A stretch of DNA of 36,582 nt, from NCBI GenBank assembly GCA_005877505.1, contig VBOO01000018.1, positions 1 through 36,582 on the forward strand, read 5' to 3'. Under the pieces are notes generated by a model. It was not told where the DNA came from. It did no database searches and saw only the letters and a program-made list of their open reading frames with translations. The DNA is from Nitrospirota bacterium (GTDB lineage: Bacteria; Nitrospirota; Nitrospiria; Nitrospirales; NS-4). Below are positions 8,922 to 18,243 of the stretch, piece after piece. A program made the translations under genes and the position numbers. Numbering within the stretch: the stretch's first letter is position 1; every line of letters starts with the position of its first letter.

Positions 8922-10706
8922 ATGCATCAATCGCAGTTGCTGATTCCCACCCTCCGGGAGGATCCGGGGGAAGCGGAGATCGTCAGCCACCGGCTAATGC
9001 TGCGCGCCGGCATGATTCGCAAGGTCGCCGCCGGCATCTACACGTACCTGCCGCTGGGCCTGCGCGTCATCCGGAAGGTCGAGCGCATCATCCGCGAAGA
9101 GCTGGACAAGGCTGGGGCGCAGGAGGTTCTCATGCCGATCGCCTCGCCGGCGGAGCTCTGGCTGGAGACCGGCCGCTGGGACTTCTATGGCAAGGAACTC
9201 TTCCGGTTCAAGGACCGGCACGAGCGGGACTTCTGCCTCGGGCCGACGCACGAGGAGGTGATCACCGACCTGGTGCGGCGCGAGGTCCGCTCTTACAGGC
9301 AACTCCCGGCGAACTTCTACCAGATCCAGACCAAGTTCCGGGACGAGATCCGGCCGCGCTTCGGGCTGATGCGCGGGCGCGAGTTCATCATGAAGGACGC
9401 CTACTCGTTCGACGCCGACGAAGCCGGCGCGAAGGAGAGCTACCGGAAGATGTATGAGGCGTACAAGGCCATCTTCACCCGCTGCGGGCTTACCTTCCGC
9501 CCGGTGGAAGCCGACACCGGCCTGATCGGCGGCACCTCGTCGCATGAATTCATGGTCCTGGCCGACACCGGCGAAGAGGGCATCGCCGTCTGCGACGCCT
9601 GCGATTACGCCGCCAACGTAGAACGGGCCGAGTTGGTGGGTACGGGAGTGGCGCGGGCACCCGTTGCTCTGGCGAATGCAACGGGTGGTGGGCCCCCTCC
9701 CGTGATGCAGGAACACGCCCACAAGCCACCTGCAGACACCCTGCGGGAGAAGCGGCGTGTCCCCACTCCGGGGAAAAAAACCGTCGAAGAAGTCACAGCG
9801 TTCCTCAACGTACCAGCCACCCAGCTCGTGAAGACGCTGCTGTATCGCGCCGACGGCAAGCCGGTCGCTGTTCTGGTGCGCGGGGACCACGAAATCAACG
9901 AGGTCAAATTGAAGAAGGCGCTGGGCGCGACGGACCTGGTCATGGCCGATCCGGCCTTGGTGGCGAAGCTCACCGGCGCGCCGGTGGGCTTCGCCGGGCC
10001 CATCGGGCTGTCCGGCGCGACCATGCTTGCTGACTGGGCAGTCAGGCCTCTGACCAACATCGTGGTGGGTGGCAACGCCGCGGACACCCATTGGGTGGAC
10101 GTCACGCCGGGCCGCGATTTCACGCCGGACCGCTACGCCGACATCCGGAACGCCATCGCCGGCGACGCCTGTCCCCGCTGCGCGAAGCCCCTACGCATCG
10201 TCCGGGGCATCGAGGTCGGCCATGTCTTCATGCTGGGCACCAAGTATAGCGAGAAGATGAAGGCGCACTACCTCGACAAGCAGGGCCAAGAGTGTCTCAT
10301 CGTGATGGGCTGCTATGGGATCGGTGTGGGACGGACCTCCGCGGCCGCGATCGAGCAGAACCACGACGCAAAGGGGATCATCTGGCCGGCGCCGATCGCC
10401 CCTTTCCACGTGCACATCCTGCCGCTCGCCGGCAAGGGCAAAGTCCTCGAAGCGGCCATCGCGCTCGAGACGGAATTAACAAGGGCTGGAATCGAGGTGC
10501 TGGTGGATGACCGGGACGAGCGGCCCGGGGTGAAGTTCAACGACGCCGACCTGATCGGCTGCCCCCATCAGGTGGTGATCGGCGAGAAGAATCTCTCCCA
10601 GGGCCTGATGGAACTCAAGGAGCGCCGCACCGGCACCGTCACGAAACTTCCGCACGCCGAAATCACAACCAGTCTAATCAGATTGCTTAAACTAGTCTCA
10701 AACTAG
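8922..10706 (+). CDS. proS: Proline--tRNA ligase, bacterial type with editing domain
   Basis: [64 protein letters not shown]. Confidence 0.98.
   Translation: MHQSQLLIPTLREDPGEAEIVSHRLMLRAGMIRKVAAGIYTYLPLGLRVIRKVERIIREELDKAGAQEVLMPIASPAELWLETGRWDFYGKELFRFKDRHERDFCLGPTHEEVITDLVRREVRSYRQLPANFYQIQTKFRDEIRPRFGLMRGREFIMKDAYSFDADEAGAKESYRKMYEAYKAIFTRCGLTFRPVEADTGLIGGTSSHEFMVLADTGEEGIAVCDACDYAANVERAELVGTGVARAPVALANATGGGPPPVMQEHAHKPPADTLREKRRVPTPGKKTVEEVTAFLNVPATQLVKTLLYRADGKPVAVLVRGDHEINEVKLKKALGATDLVMADPALVAKLTGAPVGFAGPIGLSGATMLADWAVRPLTNIVVGGNAADTHWVDVTPGRDFTPDRYADIRNAIAGDACPRCAKPLRIVRGIEVGHVFMLGTKYSEKMKAHYLDKQGQECLIVMGCYGIGVGRTSAAAIEQNHDAKGIIWPAPIAPFHVHILPLAGKGKVLEAAIALETELTRAGIEVLVDDRDERPGVKFNDADLIGCPHQVVIGEKNLSQGLMELKERRTGTVTKLPHAEITTSLIRLLKLVSN
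9642..9703. repeat. Palindromic element in-frame within proS
   Basis: acgggag...cacccgttgc-10nt-gcaacgggtg...ctcccgt; gggcacccgttgctct (9655-9670) is identical to 23098-23113. Confidence 0.75.
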
Positions 10707-10786
10707 GGGCTCTTCTGCCCACGATGAGACGGTCGCCGGGCTCACCTTGTCATCGGGAGCCAGAGCGTTGAGGTAGCGCAGCGTCT

Positions 10787-11320
10787 TCACGGAGGGCTTT
10801 TGGCCTTTGAGGCCGCGTCATCCTTCAGCTCGTCCAGACGATCGGGCGGCTCCGTCGATGAGGGGGGGACGCCCCGCATCTTCTGCACGGGAGCAGGGGC
10901 GCCTGTTGGTGCCACGGAGGCGGCTCGGGCTTGTTTGATTTCATTTTGAAGCCGGCCCACTTCCTCCAACGACCGCACCACCTGGGCTTTGGCCTCGTTG
11001 AGCTGGGTGGTCAGCGTGCGATTCTGGGCTTCCAGTTCAGCGACCTGATTTTTCAGGCGGGCGATCTCGGACATCAGGTCGGCGCTTCGCTTCTCTTCCT
11101 CCGCCAGTTGCCGCTGGAAGTTGTTCGTCCGGTTGACCTGCGCGTTGTAGGTCTCCTGGGCCACACAGCCGGTCATGGTGAGGGCCAAAGTAATCAAAAC
11201 GAAAAGAACAAAAAGGGGACAGGCACCTTTTCTGGGGAGATTCGGCTCGACCGCTCGGATCAGCAGCCCAGTCCGAGGCGAGAAAAGCGAGAAAAGGAGC
11301 CTGTCCCCTTTTTTCATCAT
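10787..11320 (-). CDS. Coiled-coil lipoprotein with an apparent out-of-frame LysM remnant downstream
   Basis: Lipobox-like MTG-C, heptad region. Past the stop, other frames read SVKTLRYLNALAPDDKV and PGDRLIVG (10793-10703). Confidence 0.75.
   Translation of the reverse strand: MMKKGDRLLFSLFSPRTGLLIRAVEPNLPRKGACPLFVLFVLITLALTMTGCVAQETYNAQVNRTNNFQRQLAEEEKRSADLMSEIARLKNQVAELEAQNRTLTTQLNEAKAQVVRSLEEVGRLQNEIKQARAASVAPTGAPAPVQKMRGVPPSSTEPPDRLDELKDDAASKAKSPP
11210..11313. repeat. Palindromic element (GGGGACAGGCACC type) within the lipoprotein signal-peptide coding region
   Basis: 24-bp inverted repeat aaaaaggggacaggcaccttttct / agaaaaggagcctgtccccttttt with one mismatch. Confidence 0.88.
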
Positions 11321-11505
11321 TTCTTCTGCTGGAAGATGCCGGCGTCACACATCATGTACTTGACCTGCCGCATCGGGATGATGATGACCTCCTTGGGGGT
11401 ATCGATCTCGAGAATCTCCATGTCGTCGCTGATGGTGTGCCGGATGACGTTGTTGTAGCGCAGCTCCTCTTTGTCCGTCAGGACGACTCTCACCCAATAT
11501 TCCAC
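11317..11505 (-). CDS. Small (62 aa) beta-rich hypothetical protein, shown fused to the radical SAM gene in the ORF track
   Basis: AAGGAG SD 6 nt before GTG 11505 (MEYWVRVVLTDKEEL...); stop overlaps the lipoprotein ATG. Confidence 0.7.
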   Translation of the reverse strand: MEYWVRVVLTDKEELRYNNVIRHTISDDMEILEIDTPKEVIIIPMRQVKYMMCDAGIFQQKK

Positions 11506-11539
11506 GGGAGGCTCCTTTGGTTTAAAGTAATCCTGCCTC

Positions 11540-12771
11540 TCACGCTGCGATGCGGATCTGCTCGAGGATAGGTAGTCGACGATGTACTGGCTCAGATATC
11601 CATGCTGCCAGAGTTTCGCGTCGGCGAGCTTCGTGTTCACCTTGTGGAGAATCCGCACCTTGCAGCGCGCCTTGGCCTCGAACTCTTCCAGGGTCACCCC
11701 GCTGATGTCGCAGTCGTTGCCCCGTGGGCTCTCGACGACGACCTTGGGCAGGTGGACGACCTTCTGGCCGTTGAGCCGCTTCAGGATGTCGTCGAACGTC
11801 AGGAGGATCGTGCAGTCGGAATCCCCGCCCAGGGTCGCATTGGGCACACAGAGAAACCGCGCGCGGCTCTTCCGATACATGGTCAGAATCCGGTACACGC
11901 TCTTGGCCATCACGACCGTGTCGCGCTTCTCCAGCCCCAGCGAGTCGAAGAGCGTGATAATCTTGTGGCGATTGAGGAAGGCCGTGATAGAGGGCTCGGT
12001 GTGGATGGTCTGGATGTTGGGCAGGCCGGCCTCATAGACCCGCAGGGCCTCCTCGGGCAGGTGTTGCTTGCCCTGGCGGAGGATCTGCACAGTTTTTTCC
12101 TCCATGCCCTTCAGCGCCGTGAGGCAGCCCATCCACAGGAGGACGTTCGTGTTGATCCCGGAAATCGTCTTCGCATCCTCCGACATCGTGTGTGCGTCGA
12201 ACGAATAGAAGTTGGCTGAGGTGACCGCCGGTCCGTCCAGGACCTTCATCAAGTGATTGATCGACGGCGCATGCGGCATCAGCGCCTTCCGATAGTCCTT
12301 GTGCAGGGTGATGACCGACAGGTCAAAGTTGATCCGGTTCGGGTACTGGGCGGCGAGCTGGTGGATCTTGGGCACGTGCACGTAACCGACCGTGAACATG
12401 TGCAGGCTCTTGTCGGTGTACTTGAGGAAATCCTCCAGCCACTCCATGGCCTTGGGGTGGAGGAAGAGGTCGGTCCACTCCATGTACTCGTTCCCGCCCC
12501 AGACCCACAGCTCCCCGGGACGGGTCGGCTTCTTGCTGATGTAGTCCAGGATGAAGTCCCAGTCCTCCTGGGTCGTCTTGCCCGGTTCTTCGGTCGTGCG
12601 GTAGCTATGGTCGATCTCGTAGCAGAACGTGCACTTCACCGGACAGGTCTTGCCGATGCTGATCGGAATCTTCCGCCTCTCCATCTCTTTGATGAGGACG
12701 TCGCGGGGATCGGACGGCCGCTCATAAGTCAGCCTGGCGTCTGTGGGGATGACGGGAATTTCGGTCGCCAT
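11540..12771 (-). CDS. Radical SAM protein with DUF512-like C-terminal domain; probable frameshift near 11570
   Basis: CPVKCTFC (CxxxCxxC); VPNATLGGDSDCTILLTFDDI resembles DUF512; an alternative frame ends LEQIRIAA-TGA at 11540. Confidence 0.8.
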
Positions 12772-12810
12772 GGTTCACGTACTCTACCTGATACAGAATG
12801 AACGCCGCAA

Positions 12811-12838
12811 GTAGGGGCACGGCGCGCCGTGCCCCTAC
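12811..12838. repeat. Perfect 28-bp GTAG-type REP palindrome containing the proC stop codon
   Basis: gtaggggcacggcg|cgccgtgcccctac. Confidence 0.9.
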
Positions 12839-13650
12839 CCCTCCCCTAATTCACGGGAGCGCTTCGTCGCGGCTTCGACGGCCTCGATCAGCGAAGCCCG
12901 CAGGCGGCCGTGCTCGAGCGCGTGCAGGCCGGCGATGGTCGTGCCTCCCGGAGACGCTACCTTGTCCTTCAGCGTTCCAGGGTGCTCCCCGGTCTCCAGG
13001 ACCATCCGCGCCGCGCCCAGCACGGTCTGCGCGGCCAGGGCCAGGGCTGCCTCGCGCGGCAACCCCATCTTCACACCCCCGTCGGCGAGCGCTTCGATGA
13101 TCAGAAAGATGTAGGCCGGCCCGCTCCCGCTGAGACCGGTCACGGCGTCCATGAGGCGCTCGTCAACCAGCACGACCTTGCCGACCGACTCGAAGACCGC
13201 GCGGGCCAGCTGCTCATCCTCGCGCGAGAGGTTCCCGCCGAGGGCGATCGCCGAGACCCCGGCCTGGACTTCGGACGGAGTGTTCGGCATGCAGCGGATG
13301 ACCCGGACACTCGGTGACAGGTGCGCGACGATTCGGCGGATCGGATAGCCGGCGGCCACCGAGAGGATCAACTTCGCCTCGGTCAGCACGGAACGAAGGT
13401 CGTCCAAAACAGAATCAAACACTTGAGGTTCGACCGCTAAGATTGTGATATCTGACCAGACCGCCGCGGCCTTGTTGTCCATCCCGACCCGGATCTGATA
13501 CCGGGCTTTGAGGTGATCCAGGCGCTGGGCCAAGATGTCGGTCGCGTGGATGTCGTCCGGCGAGGCTGCCTTGGCGGCCAGCATCCCAGCAATTAGGGCC
13601 TCGCCCATGTTGCCGGCGCCGATGATGGCGATCTTCTTCCCGAGGGCCAT
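12835..13650 (-). CDS. proC: Pyrroline-5-carboxylate reductase
   Basis: IIGAGNMG, RCMPNTP, TGLSGSGPAY, VASPGGTTIAGL. Confidence 0.97.
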   Translation of the reverse strand: MALGKKIAIIGAGNMGEALIAGMLAAKAASPDDIHATDILAQRLDHLKARYQIRVGMDNKAAAVWSDITILAVEPQVFDSVLDDLRSVLTEAKLILSVAAGYPIRRIVAHLSPSVRVIRCMPNTPSEVQAGVSAIALGGNLSREDEQLARAVFESVGKVVLVDERLMDAVTGLSGSGPAYIFLIIEALADGGVKMGLPREAALALAAQTVLGAARMVLETGEHPGTLKDKVASPGGTTIAGLHALEHGRLRASLIEAVEAATKRSRELGEG

Positions 13651-13656
13651 GGCTGA

Positions 13657-13857
13657 TTAATGTTCCGGATGACGCTTGGCATCGAGGCGCACCAGCTCTT
13701 CGTGGATCAGCGTCCGGGCCATCTCGGTGATCCGGAAAACCACGGCCGGCGGAAGGTCCGATTTGCGCGACCCCAGAACCGTCCGCACATCTCCGGCCCT
13801 AAGCTTGAGGCGCACGGCGATCCGTTTGGCAAGGGCATCGACCGTCATGACCTTCAT
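13657..13857 (-). CDS. Small helical hypothetical protein (66 aa), possibly HTH-like
   Basis: ATGA overlap with the dut stop; MKVMTVDALAKRIAVRLKLRAGDVRTVL. Confidence 0.65.
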   Translation of the reverse strand: MKVMTVDALAKRIAVRLKLRAGDVRTVLGSRKSDLPPAVVFRITEMARTLIHEELVRLDAKRHPEH

Positions 13858-14300
13858 CGCAGGCCGGTGGACCCGAACCCGCCCGCACCGCGCGCCGATC
13901 GGGGCAGCTCGTCGGTCACCTCCACCTCCGGCGACGCACACGGCAAGACGAGCAGTTGCGCGATCCGCATGCCCTCTTCGACCACGAAGTCCTGGTTGGA
14001 GAAGTTCTTCAGTTCGATCTTGAGCTCCCCGCGGTAATCCGGGTCGATCCAGCCGGCGCCGACCTCGATGTTGTGGCGCGTCGAGAGGCCGGACCGCGAC
14101 CCGATCCGGCCGACATGGCCGGGCGGCAGACTGATGGCGATGCCGGTCGCCACGAGGGCATGCCCGATCTCCACCCGGCCGTCCCTCACCGTGGACGCTG
14201 GGATGACGGTCGCCTCGCTCGCGAACAGATCGTAGCCGGCCGCGCCGGCCGTGGCCTTCACCGGCACCCTCGCGTTGGGGGAGAGCTTCGTGACCTTCAC
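13854..14300 (-). CDS. dut: Trimeric dUTPase
   Basis: AGYDL, SRSGL, GAGWIDPDYRGE, RIAQL, RGAGGFGSTG; GTG start overlaps the rpiA stop. Confidence 0.95.
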   Translation of the reverse strand: MKVTKLSPNARVPVKATAGAAGYDLFASEATVIPASTVRDGRVEIGHALVATGIAISLPPGHVGRIGSRSGLSTRHNIEVGAGWIDPDYRGELKIELKNFSNQDFVVEEGMRIAQLLVLPCASPEVEVTDELPRSARGAGGFGSTGLR

Positions 14301-14977
14301 GGACGGGTCAGCGTGACGATCCCCTGCTGCGTGGCGACCACGGCCAGGTCGGCGCGTCCGACGAAGAGGCCCGTGCAGACGACGCCCGGTGTCTTCTCCA
14401 GTTCCGCCTCCAGCCTTATCGGATCGTCGATCTTCGAGAACCACAGATCCAGGATGTAGTGTCCCACCTCAGTGACAAAGAGCGCGCCGTCCTTCATCCG
14501 AGGCGTGACGCGACAGCCGAGCCGCTCCAAGCGCTTCGCGAGGGTCCGCCACCCGAACGGGACGACTTCCACCGGCAGGGGAAACGACCCACCCAAGACC
14601 GGCACTCGCTTCGTCTCATCCACCACGACGACGAAGCGGGTCGCCGCCGCCGCCACGATTTTTTCTTTTAGAAGCGCGCCGCCACCACCCTTGATCAGAT
14701 TCAGCCGGGGATCCACCTGGTCCGCCCCGTCCAGCGCCAGGTCCACTACCCACTCGGCATCATCGGCCAGCAACGGGATCCCGGCCTCACGCGCCAGGCG
14801 CGCCGTCTCGAGGGACGTGGCCACGCCACGGATGCGCAGTCCCTTCTTGATCCGCCCGCTCAATTTGCCCACGACGAAACGCAACGTGGAACCGGTCCCC
14901 CACCCCACGATCTGACCATCCTTCACGTACTCCACCGCCGCGTCTGCCGCCATGTTCTTGAGCGCGTCCCGGTCCAT
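14297..14977 (-). CDS. rpiA: Ribose-5-phosphate isomerase A
   Basis: GWGTGST, DGADQVD, LIKGGGGALLKEKIV, LPVEVVP. Confidence 0.96.
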   Translation of the reverse strand: MDRDALKNMAADAAVEYVKDGQIVGWGTGSTLRFVVGKLSGRIKKGLRIRGVATSLETARLAREAGIPLLADDAEWVVDLALDGADQVDPRLNLIKGGGGALLKEKIVAAAATRFVVVVDETKRVPVLGGSFPLPVEVVPFGWRTLAKRLERLGCRVTPRMKDGALFVTEVGHYILDLWFSKIDDPIRLEAELEKTPGVVCTGLFVGRADLAVVATQQGIVTLTRP

Positions 14978-17010
14978 TAGCACCCCTTCCTTTTGGAGGT
15001 GGATGCCGGCTTCTCCTTCTTGTATGTGACCAGGGTCATCCACGTCCGCAGCAACTCGGCCACGTTCCAGGCCTGCGCGATGCACCCGCGCGGTGTGAAC
15101 GGGGGGTCTCCGTCGAAGACCTCGCTCAGGGTCCCGAGACCGTTCGACTGGAGATGCCGGATCATCGGGTCCAGAAAAGACCGTGCGCGGACCGGATCGC
15201 GATACACCTTGAGATGCGCCGTGACAAACGGGCCCAGCAACCATCCCCACACCGTCCCCTGGTGATAGGCCGCGTCGCGGCTGCGCTGGTCCCCGGCGTA
15301 CTGGCCCACGTACGCCGGGTGGTCTGGAGCCAAACTCCGCAGTCCGTGCGATGTCAACAGGTGCCGGGCGCACACATCCACAATGGCCCTCTGCCGGTTC
15401 AACTCCAAGGGGCTGGCCGGCAGCGACACCGCAAAGATCTGATTCGGCCGCAAGGACGGATCATCCCCGTCCGGCCCGTCCAGCACATCGTAGCAGCAGC
15501 CCAGGGCATCGTTCCAGAACCGGGCGAACCCGGCCTCCGCGCGATCAGCCAGTTCCGCGTATTCGTCGGCGGGCTTTTTGACGATCCGGGCCAACGCCGC
15601 CATGGTCCGCAGGGCGTTGTACCAGAGCGCATTCACCTCCACCGGCTTGCCGATACGCGGCGTGACGACCCAGCCCCCAACCTTGGCATCCATCCACGTG
15701 AGCTGCACACCCTCCTCGCCGGCCCAGAGCAGCCCGTCCGCATGGTCCAAGTGGATGCCGTAGCGGGTGCCGCGCCGGTGCCAGTCCACGATTTCGGCCA
15801 GCACGGGAAACAGCTCCCGCACCAGCCGGTCATCGCCCGTCGTCGCGTGATAGGCGCGGATCGCCTCCACATACCAGAGCGTGGCATCCACGGTATTGTA
15901 TTCGGGAATCACGCCGGCGTCCGGGAAACGGTTGGGCACCATGCCACGGTCCACGAAGGTTGCGTACGTTTTCAGGATCAGGCTGGCGATGGCGGGGCGT
16001 CCCGTCGTCAGCGTAAGCCCGGGCAGTGCGATCATCGTGTCGCGGCCCCAGTCGACGAACCAATGGTAGCCCGCGACGACCGAGCGACCGTCGGAGTCAG
16101 CCGGGGATGGCCGCGCCACAATGAACTGCTCGGCGGCGAAGATCGTCTGCTCCACCCACGCCGGCGCCTGCTTTGACACGACAGGATGAGCCTTGGCAAA
16201 CGCGCCAAGGAGCGCGCGCTGGTGACGCGTGCGCCGCTCAAGGGCTTTCGCTCCATCTACGGACGCGCCGGGGTCGGTCGTGAGGACGATCGTGAGCGGT
16301 TTCCCCTGCTCGACCGTCCCTTGAATCGTCCCGACATGCAGGTGATCTTCGTGGTCTTCCAGCCCTCGGGCCCTCTCCGCGGCGAGGTCGAACCCCCAGT
16401 GCCAGTCATGGGCCCTCTCGCACCGTCCCCGGTCCGACCGCAGATGGAACGGGACGGCGCCGTCGTACGCCGCCACGGTGAGCCCTCGGTCCTCAGCCGT
16501 GACGCGCATCTGCCACCCGTTCCCCCTGGTGCTGCCGTGGTGGTCGCGGTAATTCACCAGCGTCTTGATGCGCAAGGCCACAGGACCGGAGCCACGCGTC
16601 AGCTCGTAGCACACGTAGGTGGTATTCGCACCCTGCTCCATCCAGACCCGCTTCTCGAGGAGCTCGTCGGCGAGGGCATACGTCCATACCGGCAGCGAGT
16701 CTTCCAACCGGAACCGTTCAAGATAACGGTAGCCATCAGGATTCACCGACCCGTCGTGCCAGCGGTTCGTGAAGAGCGGGTATTGGCGCCCGCCATGCTC
16801 CGCGGTCTCATCGAGCTTCGCGACCAAGAGCGTGCGCCCGACCGGCGGATTCAGCGCCGCCACGAGGAGACCGTGATACCGGCGCGTCAGCAGGCCGGCA
16901 ACCGTGCCGGACGCGTATCCGCCAAGCCCGTTGGTGACCAGCCACTCGCAGATTTCAGCCTGGTTCAGATTTCCGCAGACGTCCCGTCCGAAGTCAATGA
17001 GGAGGCTCAC
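14977..17010 (-). CDS. Amylo-alpha-1,6-glucosidase (glycogen debranching enzyme family)
   Basis: EWLVTNGLGGYASGT, AGYHWF.DWGRDTMIALPGL, PNRFPD, LTWMDAK, YHQGTVW, GCIAQAW. Confidence 0.93.
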   Translation of the reverse strand: MSLLIDFGRDVCGNLNQAEICEWLVTNGLGGYASGTVAGLLTRRYHGLLVAALNPPVGRTLLVAKLDETAEHGGRQYPLFTNRWHDGSVNPDGYRYLERFRLEDSLPVWTYALADELLEKRVWMEQGANTTYVCYELTRGSGPVALRIKTLVNYRDHHGSTRGNGWQMRVTAEDRGLTVAAYDGAVPFHLRSDRGRCERAHDWHWGFDLAAERARGLEDHEDHLHVGTIQGTVEQGKPLTIVLTTDPGASVDGAKALERRTRHQRALLGAFAKAHPVVSKQAPAWVEQTIFAAEQFIVARPSPADSDGRSVVAGYHWFVDWGRDTMIALPGLTLTTGRPAIASLILKTYATFVDRGMVPNRFPDAGVIPEYNTVDATLWYVEAIRAYHATTGDDRLVRELFPVLAEIVDWHRRGTRYGIHLDHADGLLWAGEEGVQLTWMDAKVGGWVVTPRIGKPVEVNALWYNALRTMAALARIVKKPADEYAELADRAEAGFARFWNDALGCCYDVLDGPDGDDPSLRPNQIFAVSLPASPLELNRQRAIVDVCARHLLTSHGLRSLAPDHPAYVGQYAGDQRSRDAAYHQGTVWGWLLGPFVTAHLKVYRDPVRARSFLDPMIRHLQSNGLGTLSEVFDGDPPFTPRGCIAQAWNVAELLRTWMTLVTYKKEKPASTSKRKGC

Positions 17011-17720
17011 ACGCGCCCGTACACCGGAATCGCGGCGCCGTGGATCACCTCAGCGTCCGGAGAGCAAAGAAAGAGAATGACCTTGGCGATGGCCTCCGGC
17101 GTGGGCCACTGGCTGTGATCCGCGTTGGGCATGGCCTGGCGATTGGCCTCCGTATCAATGATGCTGGGCAAGATCGCGTTGACGTTGATCCGGTACGGCT
17201 TGAGCTCTTCTGCGAGGCTCTGGGTCAGGACCAGTTCGGCCGCCTTGGAGGCCGCGTAGGCGGACAGTCCGGCGTCGCCCTTCAGGCTCGACCGGGACGC
17301 CACATGGACGATCCGCCCACGGTTCTGCTTGATCATCTGCGGCACGACGGCCTTGGCGCAGAGATAGACCGATTTAAGGTTCAGGTTCAGCATGCGGTCC
17401 CAGGTCGCCTGGTCGGTCTCCCAGACGGGCTTCCCACCGGAAAACCCGCCCACGATGTTCACGAGGACATCCACCCGGCCGTGGCGGGCAACGATCTCCC
17501 CAGCGAACCGTTTGACCGCGTCCTCATCCGTCACATCGACCTGGAGACAGCTCAGGCGGGCCGACAGCGATCCAGTCTCCTTTGCGAGTCGATCCTGCTC
17601 GGACGGCACCACGCAGGTGGTCACGACCGTCGCGCCCGCCCGGAGGAAGCTGAGAGTCACGACCCGGCCGAGGCCACCGGTGCCTCCCGGGATCGCCACG
17701 ACTGATCCGGTAAAGTCCAT
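17007..17720 (-). CDS. Short-chain dehydrogenase/reductase
   Basis: GGTGGLG, DVTD, YAASK, NAILPSIIDT. Confidence 0.92.
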   Translation of the reverse strand: MDFTGSVVAIPGGTGGLGRVVTLSFLRAGATVVTTCVVPSEQDRLAKETGSLSARLSCLQVDVTDEDAVKRFAGEIVARHGRVDVLVNIVGGFSGGKPVWETDQATWDRMLNLNLKSVYLCAKAVVPQMIKQNRGRIVHVASRSSLKGDAGLSAYAASKAAELVLTQSLAEELKPYRINVNAILPSIIDTEANRQAMPNADHSQWPTPEAIAKVILFLCSPDAEVIHGAAIPVYGRV

Positions 17721-17722
17721 TC

Positions 17723-18103
17723 CTACCAGGCGGCCAATGTGCGGATGTAGGCCAGCACATCCCGCATCTCGCGCTCGTCTATCTCGCTCATCCAACCGGG
17801 CATGGCCGTGCCGGGCCGGCCGACCTTGATGACCTCGAGCAACTCGGCGTCTTTTTTCGCCTGCGTGGCGGGCGACGTCAAATCGGCCGGCTTGGGATTG
17901 AGTTTCTCCGCCGCCGCCCCGTCGCCCTTGCCGGAAGGCCCGTGGCAGTTGACGCAGTTCTGCTTATAGATCCGCTCACCCGCCTCAAGATCTGGTTTCG
18001 GTTTGAGCCGCTGACCGGTCGCCCCTCCGAACCACACGACGAGGCCTGCGCCAACGAGAACGACAATGAGGCCGGTGCGACGAATCACCGGTGAATTCTC
18101 CAT
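17723..18103 (-). CDS. Monoheme c-type cytochrome
   Basis: N-terminal hydrophobic anchor, CVNCH, GKGDG, GTAMP axial Met. Confidence 0.92.
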   Translation of the reverse strand: MENSPVIRRTGLIVVLVGAGLVVWFGGATGQRLKPKPDLEAGERIYKQNCVNCHGPSGKGDGAAAEKLNPKPADLTSPATQAKKDAELLEVIKVGRPGTAMPGWMSEIDEREMRDVLAYIRTLAAW

Positions 18104-18176
18104 AGGTGCAGCCGACGGATGAGCGGCGGTAGTATCCTACATTCCCGAAGCCCTTGCAACACGTGCGGGCCGATGA

Positions 18177-18205
18177 TTGCGACCCCCGCCAGACGCTGCT
18201 ACAAT
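18177..18205 (+). promoter_or_regulatory. Sigma70 promoter of the GAF-kinase gene
   Basis: TTGCGA-17-TACAAT with TG extension. Confidence 0.55.
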
Positions 18206-18243
18206 CCTATGAAGCCATGATCGTTATGGAGGAGCGCTGACCA

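Noticed and set aside
7299-10091. Long antisense ORFs 7299-8723 and 8994-10091
   Set aside because: Shadows of rseP and proS caused by high GC3.
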